From Candidatus Levybacteria bacterium RIFCSPLOWO2_12_FULL_41_12 (GTDB lineage Bacteria > Patescibacteriota > Microgenomatia > Levybacterales > UBA12049), in assembly GCA_001784155.1 (NCBI GenBank), contig MFPL01000007.1:10101-74100 (forward strand): a stretch of DNA of 64,000 nucleotides. Direction: 5' to 3'. Made by a program: the position numbers and the translations under genes. Each line of letters starts with the position of its first letter. Within the stretch, counting starts at the first letter, position 1. The notes beneath the pieces were generated by a model. That model did no database searches, was not told the origin of the DNA, and was given only the letters and a program-made list of their open reading frames with translations. Of the stretch, positions 49,875 to 59,806 are shown in pieces.

Positions 49875-51040
49875 AAATACTTTTGATTTCATCTTTTCTT
49901 CCCTACCCTCTCCTATCGGGAGGAAATATCAGGCTTTACAACATACTAAAATATCTTCAAAAAAATCATGAGGTAGTCCTGGTGTGTGAGAAGAGGTCAT
50001 ATCAGAAAGAAGCAGACATAAAAAGGGTGGAAGAAGTATGCAGTAGAGTAATAACCGTTCCGCGTAAGAAACAGTGGTCTGTATCAAATATTCTTAAGAC
50101 CGCTTTTTCAAAGAGCCCGTTTCTCCTAGTGGGTCATGAAAGTAGCGAAATTAAAAAAATAGTCTCAAAGCTTTTGGAAGAAGAAAAGTTTGATCTTATA
50201 CACGTTGAGACTTTCTACGTGATGCACAATTTGCCTAAAACTAATCTGCCCGTTGTTCTAGTTGAGCATAACATTGAATATTTGATTTACGAAAGGTTTG
50301 CCCGGAATGCATTTCCCATACTTCGCCCGTTTTTAATGATAGATGTAGCAAAGCTTAAAAGGGAAGAAGAAAAGGCTTGGGATAGAGCATCGGCCTTGGT
50401 AGCAGTTTCTAAAAAAGAGAAAGAACTTATGGGAAGAGATAATGTCGAAGTAGTTCCTAACGGTGCAGATGTAGATAAATTCAAGCTTAAAAATTATAAA
50501 AAAGGGTTAAATAAAAAGATTCTTTTTATTGGGGATTTTAAGTATATCCAAAATCAGGATTCAGCAAGGTGGATAATAAGAAATATATGGCCACTCATCT
50601 CTGCCAATAATAAAAACGTTACTCTTTGGATCGTAGGAAAAAACGCAGTAGACAGAGTAGGCAGCTACAAAAGAGAAGGTATTGTTTTGGAAGATAACCC
50701 TACCTCTAAAACTGAAGACATCTTTCAGCAAGCAGACATTCTACTCGCTCCTATAAGAGTTGGTGGAGGTACGAGTCTTAAGATACTTGAGGCAATGGCA
50801 TCAGGCCTCCCCGTGGTTACAACATTACTTGGTAATGAAGGAATAGGGGCAAAAGACAGCGAAGAAATTATAGTTGCAGAAGAGCCTTGGGAATTCTCAA
50901 ATAAAATTACTGATATTCTTTGGAATGAGGGAAGAATAAAGGAGATTGGTAAAAATGCGCGAGTCTTTATTGAAAAAAATTATAAATGGGAGAAGATAAC
51001 GGAAAAGCTGAATGATGTGTATGAAAGAGTGGTTAAATGA
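49871..51040 (+). CDS. GT4 glycosyltransferase
   Basis: PYPLLSGG, EHNIE, VPNGAD, APIRVGGGTSLKILEAMASGLPVVTT..G.EG. Confidence 0.9.
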   Translation: MKILLISSFLPYPLLSGGNIRLYNILKYLQKNHEVVLVCEKRSYQKEADIKRVEEVCSRVITVPRKKQWSVSNILKTAFSKSPFLLVGHESSEIKKIVSKLLEEEKFDLIHVETFYVMHNLPKTNLPVVLVEHNIEYLIYERFARNAFPILRPFLMIDVAKLKREEEKAWDRASALVAVSKKEKELMGRDNVEVVPNGADVDKFKLKNYKKGLNKKILFIGDFKYIQNQDSARWIIRNIWPLISANNKNVTLWIVGKNAVDRVGSYKREGIVLEDNPTSKTEDIFQQADILLAPIRVGGGTSLKILEAMASGLPVVTTLLGNEGIGAKDSEEIIVAEEPWEFSNKITDILWNEGRIKEIGKNARVFIEKNYKWEKITEKLNDVYERVVK

Positions 51041-51948
51041 CAGAACTATCTATAATTATAGTTAACTATAATTCTTTGGACTTTATATCTCGGTGTATAG
51101 AATCGATTAAGGAGAATTCACTTAAGGAGTTAAAGAATGGAGAATACGAGATAATTGTTATCGATAATGCCTCAAGAGACGGAAGCCAAGAATTTTTAAA
51201 AAATCTGGATGGAATAATTTTTGTTCCAAACGAAAACAACTTAGGCTTTTCAAAGGCAAACAATATTGGAGTAAAAAAATCCAAAGGCCGATATGTTCTT
51301 TTTTTAAACCCGGACACCATAATTCATAGGAATACCCTTTCTAAGATGGTTGAGTTTATGAATCAAAATAAAGATGTGGGGGCAGCCACGTGTAAGGTTT
51401 TTATTTCTGAAAGCGAAATAGATGACGCATCTCATAGAGGGTTTCCTACGCCTTGGAATTCTTTGATGTATTTTTCAGGGATGTCTAAGCTTTTTCCCAA
51501 GTCTCGGATATTTAACGGTTACAATATGGGATGGATCGATTTAAACAAAACGCACGAAATAGATGCGCTTGCAGGAGCATTTATGATGGTAAGACGTGTT
51601 GCGGGTGAGGACGTAGGCTGGTGGGATGAGGACTATTTTTTCTATGGGGAAGATCTCGATTTCTGCTATATGCTTAAAAAAAAGAGATGGAAGGTTTATT
51701 TTGTCGCAGAGGTATCAGCCTTTCATTATAAAGGAGTTTCCGGAGGAATAAAAAAGACATCCGAGGGAATTACTACCGCAGATCTTGAGACAAAGATTCT
51801 TGCCACCAATTCTCGTTTCCAAGCAATGAAAATTTTCTATGATAAACATTATTCATCAAAATACCCCTTCTTCGTAACAGAACTCGTTAAACTGGCAATT
51901 ACACTAAAGCTATGGAGAAGTCTTCGAAAACTCAAAAAATCCTCTTAA
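51037..51948 (+). CDS. GT2 glycosyltransferase (WbbL-like)
   Basis: IIIVNYN, IDNASRDGS, NLGFSKANN, FLNPDT, GAFMMVR, FFYGEDLDFC. Confidence 0.9.
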   Translation: MTELSIIIVNYNSLDFISRCIESIKENSLKELKNGEYEIIVIDNASRDGSQEFLKNLDGIIFVPNENNLGFSKANNIGVKKSKGRYVLFLNPDTIIHRNTLSKMVEFMNQNKDVGAATCKVFISESEIDDASHRGFPTPWNSLMYFSGMSKLFPKSRIFNGYNMGWIDLNKTHEIDALAGAFMMVRRVAGEDVGWWDEDYFFYGEDLDFCYMLKKKRWKVYFVAEVSAFHYKGVSGGIKKTSEGITTADLETKILATNSRFQAMKIFYDKHYSSKYPFFVTELVKLAITLKLWRSLRKLKKSS

Positions 51949-51969
51949 GACAGAAGAATTAAATTCGGA

Positions 51970-51997
51970 TTGACAATCCAAGAAAAAGTGATATTAT
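51970..51997 (+). promoter_or_regulatory. sigma70-type promoter TTGACA-16-TATTAT (extended TGn)
   Basis: -35 at 51970-51975, -10 at 51992-51997, ATG 10 nt downstream. Confidence 0.65.
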
Positions 51998-52007
51998 TAC
52001 GTTTATT

Positions 52008-53054
52008 ATGGCAGGAGAACGACTAGCAGGAGGTTCCGCAGGAGTAGATGCAAGAGCAGCACAAGGCCCAATTCCTCCAGATTTTGAACAAGCAATAGTA
52101 AAAGTAGATACAGTTCTTGACTTAGTTCAAACACATGTTGTAGGTAAATTTCCAAACGCTACAGTTGACGGTATTGGTTTCGTAGATCCAGATGGGAGTC
52201 TCTGGCATTTATCTCTTCTTCAAAGAAATGCGGCAGGAAGAGTAAGTCTTTTTAACCTGCAAAACCCTAACGAAAGCGATCTGTATGAATCATTTACAAT
52301 AGGGGGTAGGATGTCAGCAAGACCTAGCGCAGTTTCTATGATTACGACAGACCATATTAATCCGCGAAGAGAAAGATGGGACAAGGAAACAGAGTTAGAA
52401 GTTGCTACATTGGCAGAGGCTAGGCTTAGAAGCTTACTAGGTATTCCTCAACCAAAAACAGAAAGACAACTTATTGAGGAAACACTTGAGCATGTCGCAA
52501 TTCATAATATTATAGATCAAGTTGAGCAGCCTCAAACATTCGAACAAGTGTATGCTGACTTAGAAAGTTATTTTTGGCAACAATTGCAACCCCCTACAAA
52601 CAAGTTAGTTGATTATACGCTGGACGAGGGTGCTGAGCTTGACTTGATTTATGATTCTTTTGATTCTGATATATTGAAGCTATTAGAAGGAGAAGATATC
52701 CATATGCCTAGTCCTGAATCTGGAGTTTCGATTCCGGTTCCGGAGCCGGATACTGCATTTATTAGGCTTTCAGATGATGCTCAAGGAAGGGTAATTAGAC
52801 TTGGTTTTACTTTTAAAGGTGAGTCAGAAGGCCAACCTTCTGAAAACTTTGGAATTGAAATAAATTTAGCAGAAGCACATGGAACTGTTGACATTTACGA
52901 ATCGCGTACGTCTCCCGATGGGACGCCTCAAGGAGCAGAAGAAAGAGTGAAGACAGAAAAAGCACAGCCAACCCCAGATCAAATGCGAAATATAGCACGA
53001 ATTCTTGATAAATATTCACACTCTGGCGCGATAACTTATCGGGCTACAAGGTGA
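52008..53054 (+). CDS. Hypothetical acidic soluble protein (orphan)
   Basis: 348-aa ORF with its own promoter; E/D/Q-rich and Lys-poor, unlike neighbours; no motif recognised. Confidence 0.75.
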   Translation: MAGERLAGGSAGVDARAAQGPIPPDFEQAIVKVDTVLDLVQTHVVGKFPNATVDGIGFVDPDGSLWHLSLLQRNAAGRVSLFNLQNPNESDLYESFTIGGRMSARPSAVSMITTDHINPRRERWDKETELEVATLAEARLRSLLGIPQPKTERQLIEETLEHVAIHNIIDQVEQPQTFEQVYADLESYFWQQLQPPTNKLVDYTLDEGAELDLIYDSFDSDILKLLEGEDIHMPSPESGVSIPVPEPDTAFIRLSDDAQGRVIRLGFTFKGESEGQPSENFGIEINLAEAHGTVDIYESRTSPDGTPQGAEERVKTEKAQPTPDQMRNIARILDKYSHSGAITYRATR

Positions 53055-53230
53055 GCTCCCGTTGCTGCATAACGACATCTAGAATTCACTTCAGTAATTA
53101 ATCCCATATTCACCTCAAGAGTAAACTACTCTTTGACTACATTCTATAAAAAGTCTATATTTTCCCGTTTGGGTCCTTTGACAAACTAAGAACTATAGCA
53201 CCCCCCGCATCTATCGGATATAATTAGCCT

Positions 53231-54340
53231 ATGTTAATAGGTATTGATGTAAGGCTTTGGTCACAGACCGGAGTAGGAAGATACATAAGAAATCTTGTTT
53301 TAAATTTAGAGACTCTTGATCAGAGGAATAAATACATTCTGTTTGCGATAGAAGAAGATGTAGAAGGTATCAGGAAGGCTCTAGGAAATGACAACTTTAA
53401 AATCGTACCGACTGACGTAAGATGGCATACGCTTTCGGAACAAACTAAATTTAGGAGAATTATTAATAGAGAAAACTTAGATTTAGTGCACTTTCCCTAT
53501 TTTTCCCTTCCTGTTTTTTACCAAGGGTCGTATGTCCTGACTGTCCATGATTTAATCTTAAACCATTTTCCTACAGGTAAGGCTTCCACCAAAAATTTAC
53601 TTTACTATAATTTGAAAAGACGTGCATATCTTTTTGTTATAAAAAGGGCCGCCAGAAATGCGAAGAAGATTATTGCAGTTTCAGCTGCAACCAAGCATGA
53701 GATCGTAGATCATCTCGGCGTAGATGGAAATAAGGTTTCAGTAATTTATGAAGGAGTAGAAGGCTTTGTTATTTCGAAAGAAAATGCGTCAAAGCCTAAA
53801 GATCCCTACGTTTTATATGTGGGAAATGTTTATCCTCACAAAAATAGCGAGAGAATGATTCTAGCGTTTTTAAAAGCAGATAAGCCTCGGGATGCCAAGT
53901 TAATTTTCGTTGGAAAGGAGGATTTTTTCTACGATAATCTAAAACGTAAGGTAGGAAAGCTAGATACAAAAGGTTCTATTAAATTTTACGGCTACGTTGA
54001 TGACGTAAGGCTTGCCTCGCTTTATAAAAACGCAAGCGCTTTGATAACACCATCCCTAATGGAAGGATTTGGGCTGCCTGTTCTTGAGGCAATGGTTAAC
54101 GGCTGTTTGGTGCTCTGCTCAAGCATTCCGTCTTTGCGTGAAATCGCAGGAGCCTCGGCAATCTATTTTGATCCAATGGACATACATGATATGTCTCGGA
54201 AAATTGAATTTGCACTTTCTGGTTCAAATAAAGAAGCGTACGTAAATAAAGGATTAGTAAGATCAAAGAATTTCTCATGGAAAAAAATGGCGAAAGAAAC
54301 ACTTAAAGTTTATGACTCTTCGACAAGCCCAGAGTCATAG
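53231..54340 (+). CDS. GT4 glycosyltransferase
   Basis: IGIDVR..TGVGRY, TVHDL, LYVGNVYPHKN, PSLMEGFGLPVLEAM, FSW; TATAAT 6 nt before ATG. Confidence 0.92.
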   Translation: MLIGIDVRLWSQTGVGRYIRNLVLNLETLDQRNKYILFAIEEDVEGIRKALGNDNFKIVPTDVRWHTLSEQTKFRRIINRENLDLVHFPYFSLPVFYQGSYVLTVHDLILNHFPTGKASTKNLLYYNLKRRAYLFVIKRAARNAKKIIAVSAATKHEIVDHLGVDGNKVSVIYEGVEGFVISKENASKPKDPYVLYVGNVYPHKNSERMILAFLKADKPRDAKLIFVGKEDFFYDNLKRKVGKLDTKGSIKFYGYVDDVRLASLYKNASALITPSLMEGFGLPVLEAMVNGCLVLCSSIPSLREIAGASAIYFDPMDIHDMSRKIEFALSGSNKEAYVNKGLVRSKNFSWKKMAKETLKVYDSSTSPES

Positions 54341-54353
54341 TGAGTTTATCGAA
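54311..54353. repeat. Short palindromic REP-like element
   Basis: tatgactct-TCGACAAGCCC-agagtcata (perfect 9-bp stem), followed by tgagtttatcgaa, a degenerate inverse of ttcgacaagccca. Related copy at 60766. Confidence 0.6.
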
Positions 54354-54356
54354 TCT

Positions 54357-55445
54357 ATGAAGGTGGCTTTAGTTTATGATCGTGTTAACAAATGGGGAGG
54401 CGCAGAAAGAGTTCTCTTGGCGCTTCATAAAATGTTCCCCAGGGCTCCGCTTTTTACCTCTGTTTATAACGAGGAAACCGCAGGGTGGGCCGGGATTTTT
54501 GATATAAAAACCTCTTTTCTTCAGTCCTTTCCCCTAGCGCGCAGAAAGCATGAATTATACGCTACTTTTATGCCCCTGGCTTTTGAGTCTTTAAGCTTTG
54601 ATGGATACGATTTGGTAATTTCGCTTTCAAGCGAAGCATCCAAGGGAATAATTACAAAGCCTGGGACTTGCCATATATGCTACTGTCTCACCCCGACTAG
54701 ATATCTTTGGAGCGGATACGGAGACTATTTTAAAAACCCGCTCCTTAGGTTTCTCTCCAAGCCAGCAGTTTCTTACTTAAAGAGCTGGGATTTAGTGGCC
54801 TCTCAAAGGCCTGACTACTACGCCTCAATTTCAAAAGAAGTTGCAGGTAGGGTTAGGAAATATTATGGCAGAGACTCCATTATTATTTATCCGCCTGTTG
54901 CAGGTATTGGAAGAAATGTAAATTCAAAAAAGGAAGATTTCTATCTCCTAGTAAGCAGACCCGTTCCCTATAAGAGAATAGATATTGCTATTGAGGTATT
55001 TAAGAATAATGGGAAAAAATTAAAAATAGTTGGAGCAGGTTTGGGCGAGCGGTTTTTAAAAGGGTCGTTACCAAACAATATAGAAGTTTTAGGAGATGTT
55101 TCAGATGAAGCGCTTTTTGATCTGTATCAACGGGCAAATGCTTTAATTTTTCCCGGAAGGGAAGATTTTGGATTAGTTATGGCAGAGGCCCAGTCTTTTG
55201 GCACTCCGGTAGTGGCTTTTGGAGGAGGGGGTGCGCTTGAGATCATTGAGGAGGGAAGAACTGGAGAGTTTTTTAACAAACACGACAGCTCATCGCTTCA
55301 GGCTACGTTGGAAATGTTTGACAAGAAAAGCTATAATTCAGAATATATAAAGGAAAGAGCTTTAAGGTTTGGTCCCCAAAGGTTTGAGAAAGAGTTCTTA
55401 AATTTTGTGGAAAATAGTTTGAGTGCGTATTCAGAAAAAATATGA
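54357..55445 (+). CDS. GT4 glycosyltransferase (WbaZ/mannosyltransferase-like)
   Basis: MKVALVYD...WGGAERVL, YCLTPTRYLW, IYPPV, PYKRID, EDFGLVMAEAQSFGTPVVA. The N-terminal 15 aa in the ORF track come from the repeat, so the start was moved to 54357. Confidence 0.9.
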   Translation: MKVALVYDRVNKWGGAERVLLALHKMFPRAPLFTSVYNEETAGWAGIFDIKTSFLQSFPLARRKHELYATFMPLAFESLSFDGYDLVISLSSEASKGIITKPGTCHICYCLTPTRYLWSGYGDYFKNPLLRFLSKPAVSYLKSWDLVASQRPDYYASISKEVAGRVRKYYGRDSIIIYPPVAGIGRNVNSKKEDFYLLVSRPVPYKRIDIAIEVFKNNGKKLKIVGAGLGERFLKGSLPNNIEVLGDVSDEALFDLYQRANALIFPGREDFGLVMAEAQSFGTPVVAFGGGGALEIIEEGRTGEFFNKHDSSSLQATLEMFDKKSYNSEYIKERALRFGPQRFEKEFLNFVENSLSAYSEKI

Positions 55446-56524
55446 AGATCGTAATTTTTGCAGGAGGAGTAGGAACAAGGCTTTGGCCGCTTTCAAGGAA
55501 AAGTACCCCCAAGCAGTTTGAGAAAATAGTAGGAGATAAGTCTACCCTTCAGTTAGCGGTTGACAGACTCAAGCCCAGCATTAAGCCTCGGGACATATAC
55601 ATAGCTACAGGGAAAAAGTACGAAAAAATAGTTCGCGCTCATCTTCCCCAGATTCCTGCGAAAAACTTTATTTTCGAGCCAGAAATGAGAGACGTTGGTC
55701 CTGCGGTAGGAGTTGCTATGGGAATTGTCGGAAAAGACAATCCCAACTCTCCTGTTGCGATTATTTGGAGCGACCATTTTGTCAAGAAGGAAAGAAGATT
55801 TCGGGAGGTTCTGAGCTTTGCAGAAGAACTGGTAATAAAAGACAAAAATTCGCTAGTTTTTATGGGACAGCGCGCCCGTTTTGCAAATCAGAATTTAGGG
55901 TGGATAGAGTTTGCAGAAGAAATTGACGATATTCACGGTACAAAAGTTTTCAGATTCAAGAAGCTTATATACAGGCCAAGTCTGGAGGATGCTGAAAGAT
56001 TTTTAGAAAGTCAGACATATGCCTGGAACCCTGGGTATTTCGTTACAACTCCGCAGTTTCTCCTGTCACAATACGAAAAATTCACTCCCGTACTTTGGAA
56101 AGGAATAATGCAAATCCAAGAAGCAGTAGGGCAGGGAAACTACGAAAAGGTTTTAAAAGAAGTTTATCCGAAATTCGAAAAAATAAGTTTTGACAATGCG
56201 ATTCTTGAGAAAATGGATCCTAGTCAAGTGTCGGTTATTGCTGCGGATTTGGGGTGGAGCGATGTAGGGGCATGGGAAGCTTTGAAGGAAGCTCTTCAGG
56301 TTTCTGAAAAAGAAAACGTTACGAGGGGGAAAGTTCTTCTTGAAGACTCATCTGACAATTTGGTTTTCAATTACACAGACCAGCTGGTGGTAGGCCTAGA
56401 CCTTGAGGAGACAATCGTTATAAATACAGATGACGTTATACTGGTTTGTCCTAAAAAGTCTGTACCAAAGATTAAAAAGTTGGTAGAGAGCCTAACTGGT
56501 ACTCCCCTCGAACATTTAACCTGA
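55442..56524 (+). CDS. manC: Mannose-1-phosphate guanylyltransferase (no PMI domain)
   Basis: IFAGGVGTRLWPLSRKSTPKQF, EPEMRD, SDH, WNPG, ISFDNAILEK, GWSDVGAW. Confidence 0.85.
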   Translation: MKIVIFAGGVGTRLWPLSRKSTPKQFEKIVGDKSTLQLAVDRLKPSIKPRDIYIATGKKYEKIVRAHLPQIPAKNFIFEPEMRDVGPAVGVAMGIVGKDNPNSPVAIIWSDHFVKKERRFREVLSFAEELVIKDKNSLVFMGQRARFANQNLGWIEFAEEIDDIHGTKVFRFKKLIYRPSLEDAERFLESQTYAWNPGYFVTTPQFLLSQYEKFTPVLWKGIMQIQEAVGQGNYEKVLKEVYPKFEKISFDNAILEKMDPSQVSVIAADLGWSDVGAWEALKEALQVSEKENVTRGKVLLEDSSDNLVFNYTDQLVVGLDLEETIVINTDDVILVCPKKSVPKIKKLVESLTGTPLEHLT

Positions 56525-56528
56525 AGCT

Positions 56529-57194
56529 ATGCCGTACGTTGAGATAAAAAAAAGCAGGGCTTACGAGTGGATCAAGCGAATTTTGGATATTTCTCTTTCC
56601 GCTTTTCTTTTGCTGCTTTTTCTTCCAATTGTCTTGTGCGTTGCCATAGCTATAAAAATTGATTCAAAGGGCCCGATTCTCGCTGATACTCCCGAGAGAG
56701 TTGGAAAAAACGGAAGTCTTTTTAAAATGTATAAATTCCGCTCGATGGTAGAGAATGCTCATGAGATTCTTCGTGAAAACCCGAAATTTGCGACACTTTA
56801 CAGCGAATATAAAAGGGGAAGTTATAAGCTTAAAGATGATCCAAGGATAACCTGGATGGGGCATTTCATTAGAAAGCACTCGCTTGACGAGGTCCCGCAG
56901 CTCCTGAATATCCTAAAAGGTGAAATGAGTCTCGTTGGACCCAGAGCCTATTATCCTGATGAACTGCGAGAACAGCAAAAGAAATATCCTAACACTAGGG
57001 ACGCTGTAAAAATAGTTTTATCAGTAAGGCCTGGTCTTACAGGGTATTGGCAGGTTTCAGGAAGATCTGAGATCAATTTTGATAAAAGGATTGAAATGGA
57101 CGCTACATATGTAAGGAAGAGATCAATTCTGTACGATCTTCTTATAATCCTTAAAACCCCTTGGGCCATGATCTCAGGTAAAGGCGCCCTCTAG
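56529..57194 (+). CDS. Priming phosphoglycosyl transferase (Bac_transf; WcaJ/WbaP C-domain type)
   Basis: KRILDI, FKMYKFRSM, DDPRIT..G.FIRKHSLDEVPQLLNILKGEMSLVGPR, RPGLTGYWQVSGRS. Confidence 0.93.
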   Translation: MPYVEIKKSRAYEWIKRILDISLSAFLLLLFLPIVLCVAIAIKIDSKGPILADTPERVGKNGSLFKMYKFRSMVENAHEILRENPKFATLYSEYKRGSYKLKDDPRITWMGHFIRKHSLDEVPQLLNILKGEMSLVGPRAYYPDELREQQKKYPNTRDAVKIVLSVRPGLTGYWQVSGRSEINFDKRIEMDATYVRKRSILYDLLIILKTPWAMISGKGAL

Positions 57195-57217
57195 GTTTGA
57201 TTTAGCCTAAGTTCCAT

Positions 57218-57247
57218 TTGACACAGCTTTGATTTACCTAGTATCAT
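57218..57247 (+). promoter_or_regulatory. sigma70-type promoter TTGACA-18-TATCAT, probable leaderless start
   Basis: -35 at 57218-57223, -10 at 57242-57247, ATG 57254 six nt later. Confidence 0.6.
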
Positions 57248-57253
57248 ATATTG

Positions 57254-59227
57254 ATGGATGGATTTCAAAAAATTGAACTCACTTCGCCTAAGAAGGAAGA
57301 CTCGTTGTCCCCTGAAGATTCAAGCGTAGTTACAAACCCAAACAAGAAAAGCAGGCTTCACTTTTTGAGAGGCAAAAGGTTTAGGATTGGGCTCGTGGTC
57401 TTCATTCTCATATTTTTGATAGGAATTATCCTTCCAGGATTTTTGGCCTACGCCTCTGCTAAAAAGACCTATGCTCAGCTCAACGCTACACTCTATGCTC
57501 TAAAACAGCAAAACATTGAATTGGCATCTACGGAAATGGATAAGACCAGGGAAAGCCTTAAAGACACGCAAAGAAAAGTAAATTTTTTAGTTGTTTTGCG
57601 AGTTATCCCATTTGTTAGCAATTATTATGGTGATGCTCGTCATGCGCTCGTTGCGGGAGAGCATTTTGTAGAAGCCGGAGATATTTTAATTGAATCTATT
57701 AAGCCTTACGCCGATGTCCTGGGTCTTAAAGGTCAGGGAAGTTTTGTAGGAGGGTCTGCCGAACTTCGAATAGAAACAGCTGTAAAAACTATGGATAAGG
57801 TAACACCTAAAATCGATGAGATTGCGGAAGAATTGACTCTTGCAAAAGCGGAAATGGATTACATAGACCCTGATGACTACCCCTCATTTTTGGCTGGGGG
57901 AAAAGTTAAAAAGCAGCTTGCTCAAATGATAAAGCTGACAGATAACGGAGTAACTTTAGTCAATGACGCAAAGCCCCTGATTAAGGTTTTGCCAAGTCTT
58001 CTGGGAGAGCCTGATGAGAAAAAATACCTTATTATTTTCCAAAACGACAAAGAGCTTCGACCTACAGGAGGATTTCTTACGGCATATTCAATTTTTACAC
58101 TTGAGCACGGCCTAATTCATGTTAGCGGCTCAAACAATATTTACACACTTGATGCAACGGTAAGAGAAAAAAAACCTGCTCCTGAGCCTCTGAAGAGCCT
58201 ACTCAAGCAACCCGTTTTAAACATAAGAGACAGTAATCTTTCTCCAGATTTTGTCAAGTCTATGGAAGTTTTTTCAGAAATGTATGAGAATTCCTCAAGC
58301 TTTCAAGAAGTTGACGGAATAATAGCAGTCGATACGCACGCTTTAATAGCAGCAATAAATATTCTAGGAGACATTGAGGTCGATGGAACCCGTTTTACTG
58401 CTAAAACCGATCCAAGATGCGATTGTCCTCAGGCGATTTACCAATTAGAAGCTATCTCAAGCACTCCTATTCAGGCAGATTTTAGGTACGTTGATGTTAA
58501 TGCTGTTAACGCAGCAAGAAAAAATATAATAGGAGACTTGATGTATGCTATTTTAAACAAGGCTTTCTCCTCGTCCCCTAAGATTTACTGGGGTCCTCTT
58601 TTTCAGGAAATGCTGTCCCAGGTAAATGAAAAACACATAATGTTTTATCTTTACAATAAAGAGGCTCAGAAGGGAATCGATACGGTCAACGCCTCTGGTA
58701 GAATTAAGAATTTTGATGGAGACTACCTCCACATAAATGAGGCAAATTTCGGAGGGGCCAAATCAAATCTTTTCGTAACGCAAAAAGTTGAGCAGGAATA
58801 TGCTATCAAAAAAGACAAAACCATAGAAAAAACTCTGACCATAACTTATAAAAATCCTTTCCCTCAATCAGACTGTAATTTGGAAAGAGGAGGGCTTTGT
58901 CTCAACGCACCCCTTAAGGATTGGTACCGCATCTATGTGCCGGAAGGCTCAAGACTCGTTTCGGTTACCGGTTCACAATCCAAAGAAGATCCTTATAAAG
59001 AATTGGGCAAAACCGTTTTTGAAGGATTTTTGGAGATAAGGCCTCAGGGGGCTCGAGTTCTTAAGGTTAAATACGCTCTTCCGTTCAAGGCAGATAAAAA
59101 AAATCCAATCAGGCTTATGATCCAAAAGCAGCCGGGAACCGATGGGGATGAGCACACGATACTACTCAACGGTAGGGAAGTCGAAAAGTTTATTTTGAAA
59201 AGCGACAAAACAATAAGCGTTGAATAG
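57254..59227 (+). CDS. Membrane-anchored DUF4012-like protein
   Basis: N-terminal TM, YLIIFQNDKELRPTGGF, RDSNLSPDF, VDGIIAVD, NFGGAKSN, YRIYVPEGS, QKQPGT. Confidence 0.8.
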   Translation: MDGFQKIELTSPKKEDSLSPEDSSVVTNPNKKSRLHFLRGKRFRIGLVVFILIFLIGIILPGFLAYASAKKTYAQLNATLYALKQQNIELASTEMDKTRESLKDTQRKVNFLVVLRVIPFVSNYYGDARHALVAGEHFVEAGDILIESIKPYADVLGLKGQGSFVGGSAELRIETAVKTMDKVTPKIDEIAEELTLAKAEMDYIDPDDYPSFLAGGKVKKQLAQMIKLTDNGVTLVNDAKPLIKVLPSLLGEPDEKKYLIIFQNDKELRPTGGFLTAYSIFTLEHGLIHVSGSNNIYTLDATVREKKPAPEPLKSLLKQPVLNIRDSNLSPDFVKSMEVFSEMYENSSSFQEVDGIIAVDTHALIAAINILGDIEVDGTRFTAKTDPRCDCPQAIYQLEAISSTPIQADFRYVDVNAVNAARKNIIGDLMYAILNKAFSSSPKIYWGPLFQEMLSQVNEKHIMFYLYNKEAQKGIDTVNASGRIKNFDGDYLHINEANFGGAKSNLFVTQKVEQEYAIKKDKTIEKTLTITYKNPFPQSDCNLERGGLCLNAPLKDWYRIYVPEGSRLVSVTGSQSKEDPYKELGKTVFEGFLEIRPQGARVLKVKYALPFKADKKNPIRLMIQKQPGTDGDEHTILLNGREVEKFILKSDKTISVE

Positions 59228-59236
59228 TTTCTCAAT

Positions 59237-59779
59237 ATGCGGTCTACAAAAATTGAAGGAATAGTTATAAAAAGGATAAGCCTTTTTGATTCGGATAGAA
59301 TTATTACGGTTTTTACGAAGCACAGGGGTAAGTTAAGCATCAAGGCGCCCGGAGTCAGAAAGATAACTAGCAGAAGAGGTGCGCACATCGAGCTTCTCAA
59401 TAAATCCTCCCTATCGCTTTATGAAGGAAGAAAAATGCTTATCCTCACGGAAGCCGCGACTATTCATTCTTTCCCTTCTATAAAAAAAGATCTCAAGAAG
59501 ACAGGGCTTGCTTTTTATATATGCGAGCTCGTAAATGAACTATGCCCTGAGCACCAGGAAAATAGGAGCATATATTATCTTTTGGAAAAGACGCTTAGGA
59601 GGCTTGAGGATGGAGACTTACACGATGACATTATTTATGAGTTTGAGCTGAATCTTCTGACTCTTTTGGGTTTTTGGCCCCCCCAGAAGAACCTTCCCGC
59701 AAAAAGCACACAATTCGTCATAGAGGGGATTTTGGAAAAAAAACTTAAAACTACAAGAATCCTTCCTCTTTTAGCATAA
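59237..59779 (+). CDS. recO: DNA repair protein RecO (short form, no Zn finger)
   Basis: EGIVIKR....SDRIITVFTKHRGKLSIKAPGVRKITSRR, YICELV, FELNLLTLLGFWP. Confidence 0.88.
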   Translation: MRSTKIEGIVIKRISLFDSDRIITVFTKHRGKLSIKAPGVRKITSRRGAHIELLNKSSLSLYEGRKMLILTEAATIHSFPSIKKDLKKTGLAFYICELVNELCPEHQENRSIYYLLEKTLRRLEDGDLHDDIIYEFELNLLTLLGFWPPQKNLPAKSTQFVIEGILEKKLKTTRILPLLA

Positions 59780-59806
59780 TCATTTAAATTTTGTTATCAT
59801 AAAGCT

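Noticed and set aside
54312-54356. N-terminal extension MTLRQAQSHSEFIES on the GT4
   Set aside because: It is a translation of the palindromic repeat; the family-typical start MKVALVYD is at 54357.
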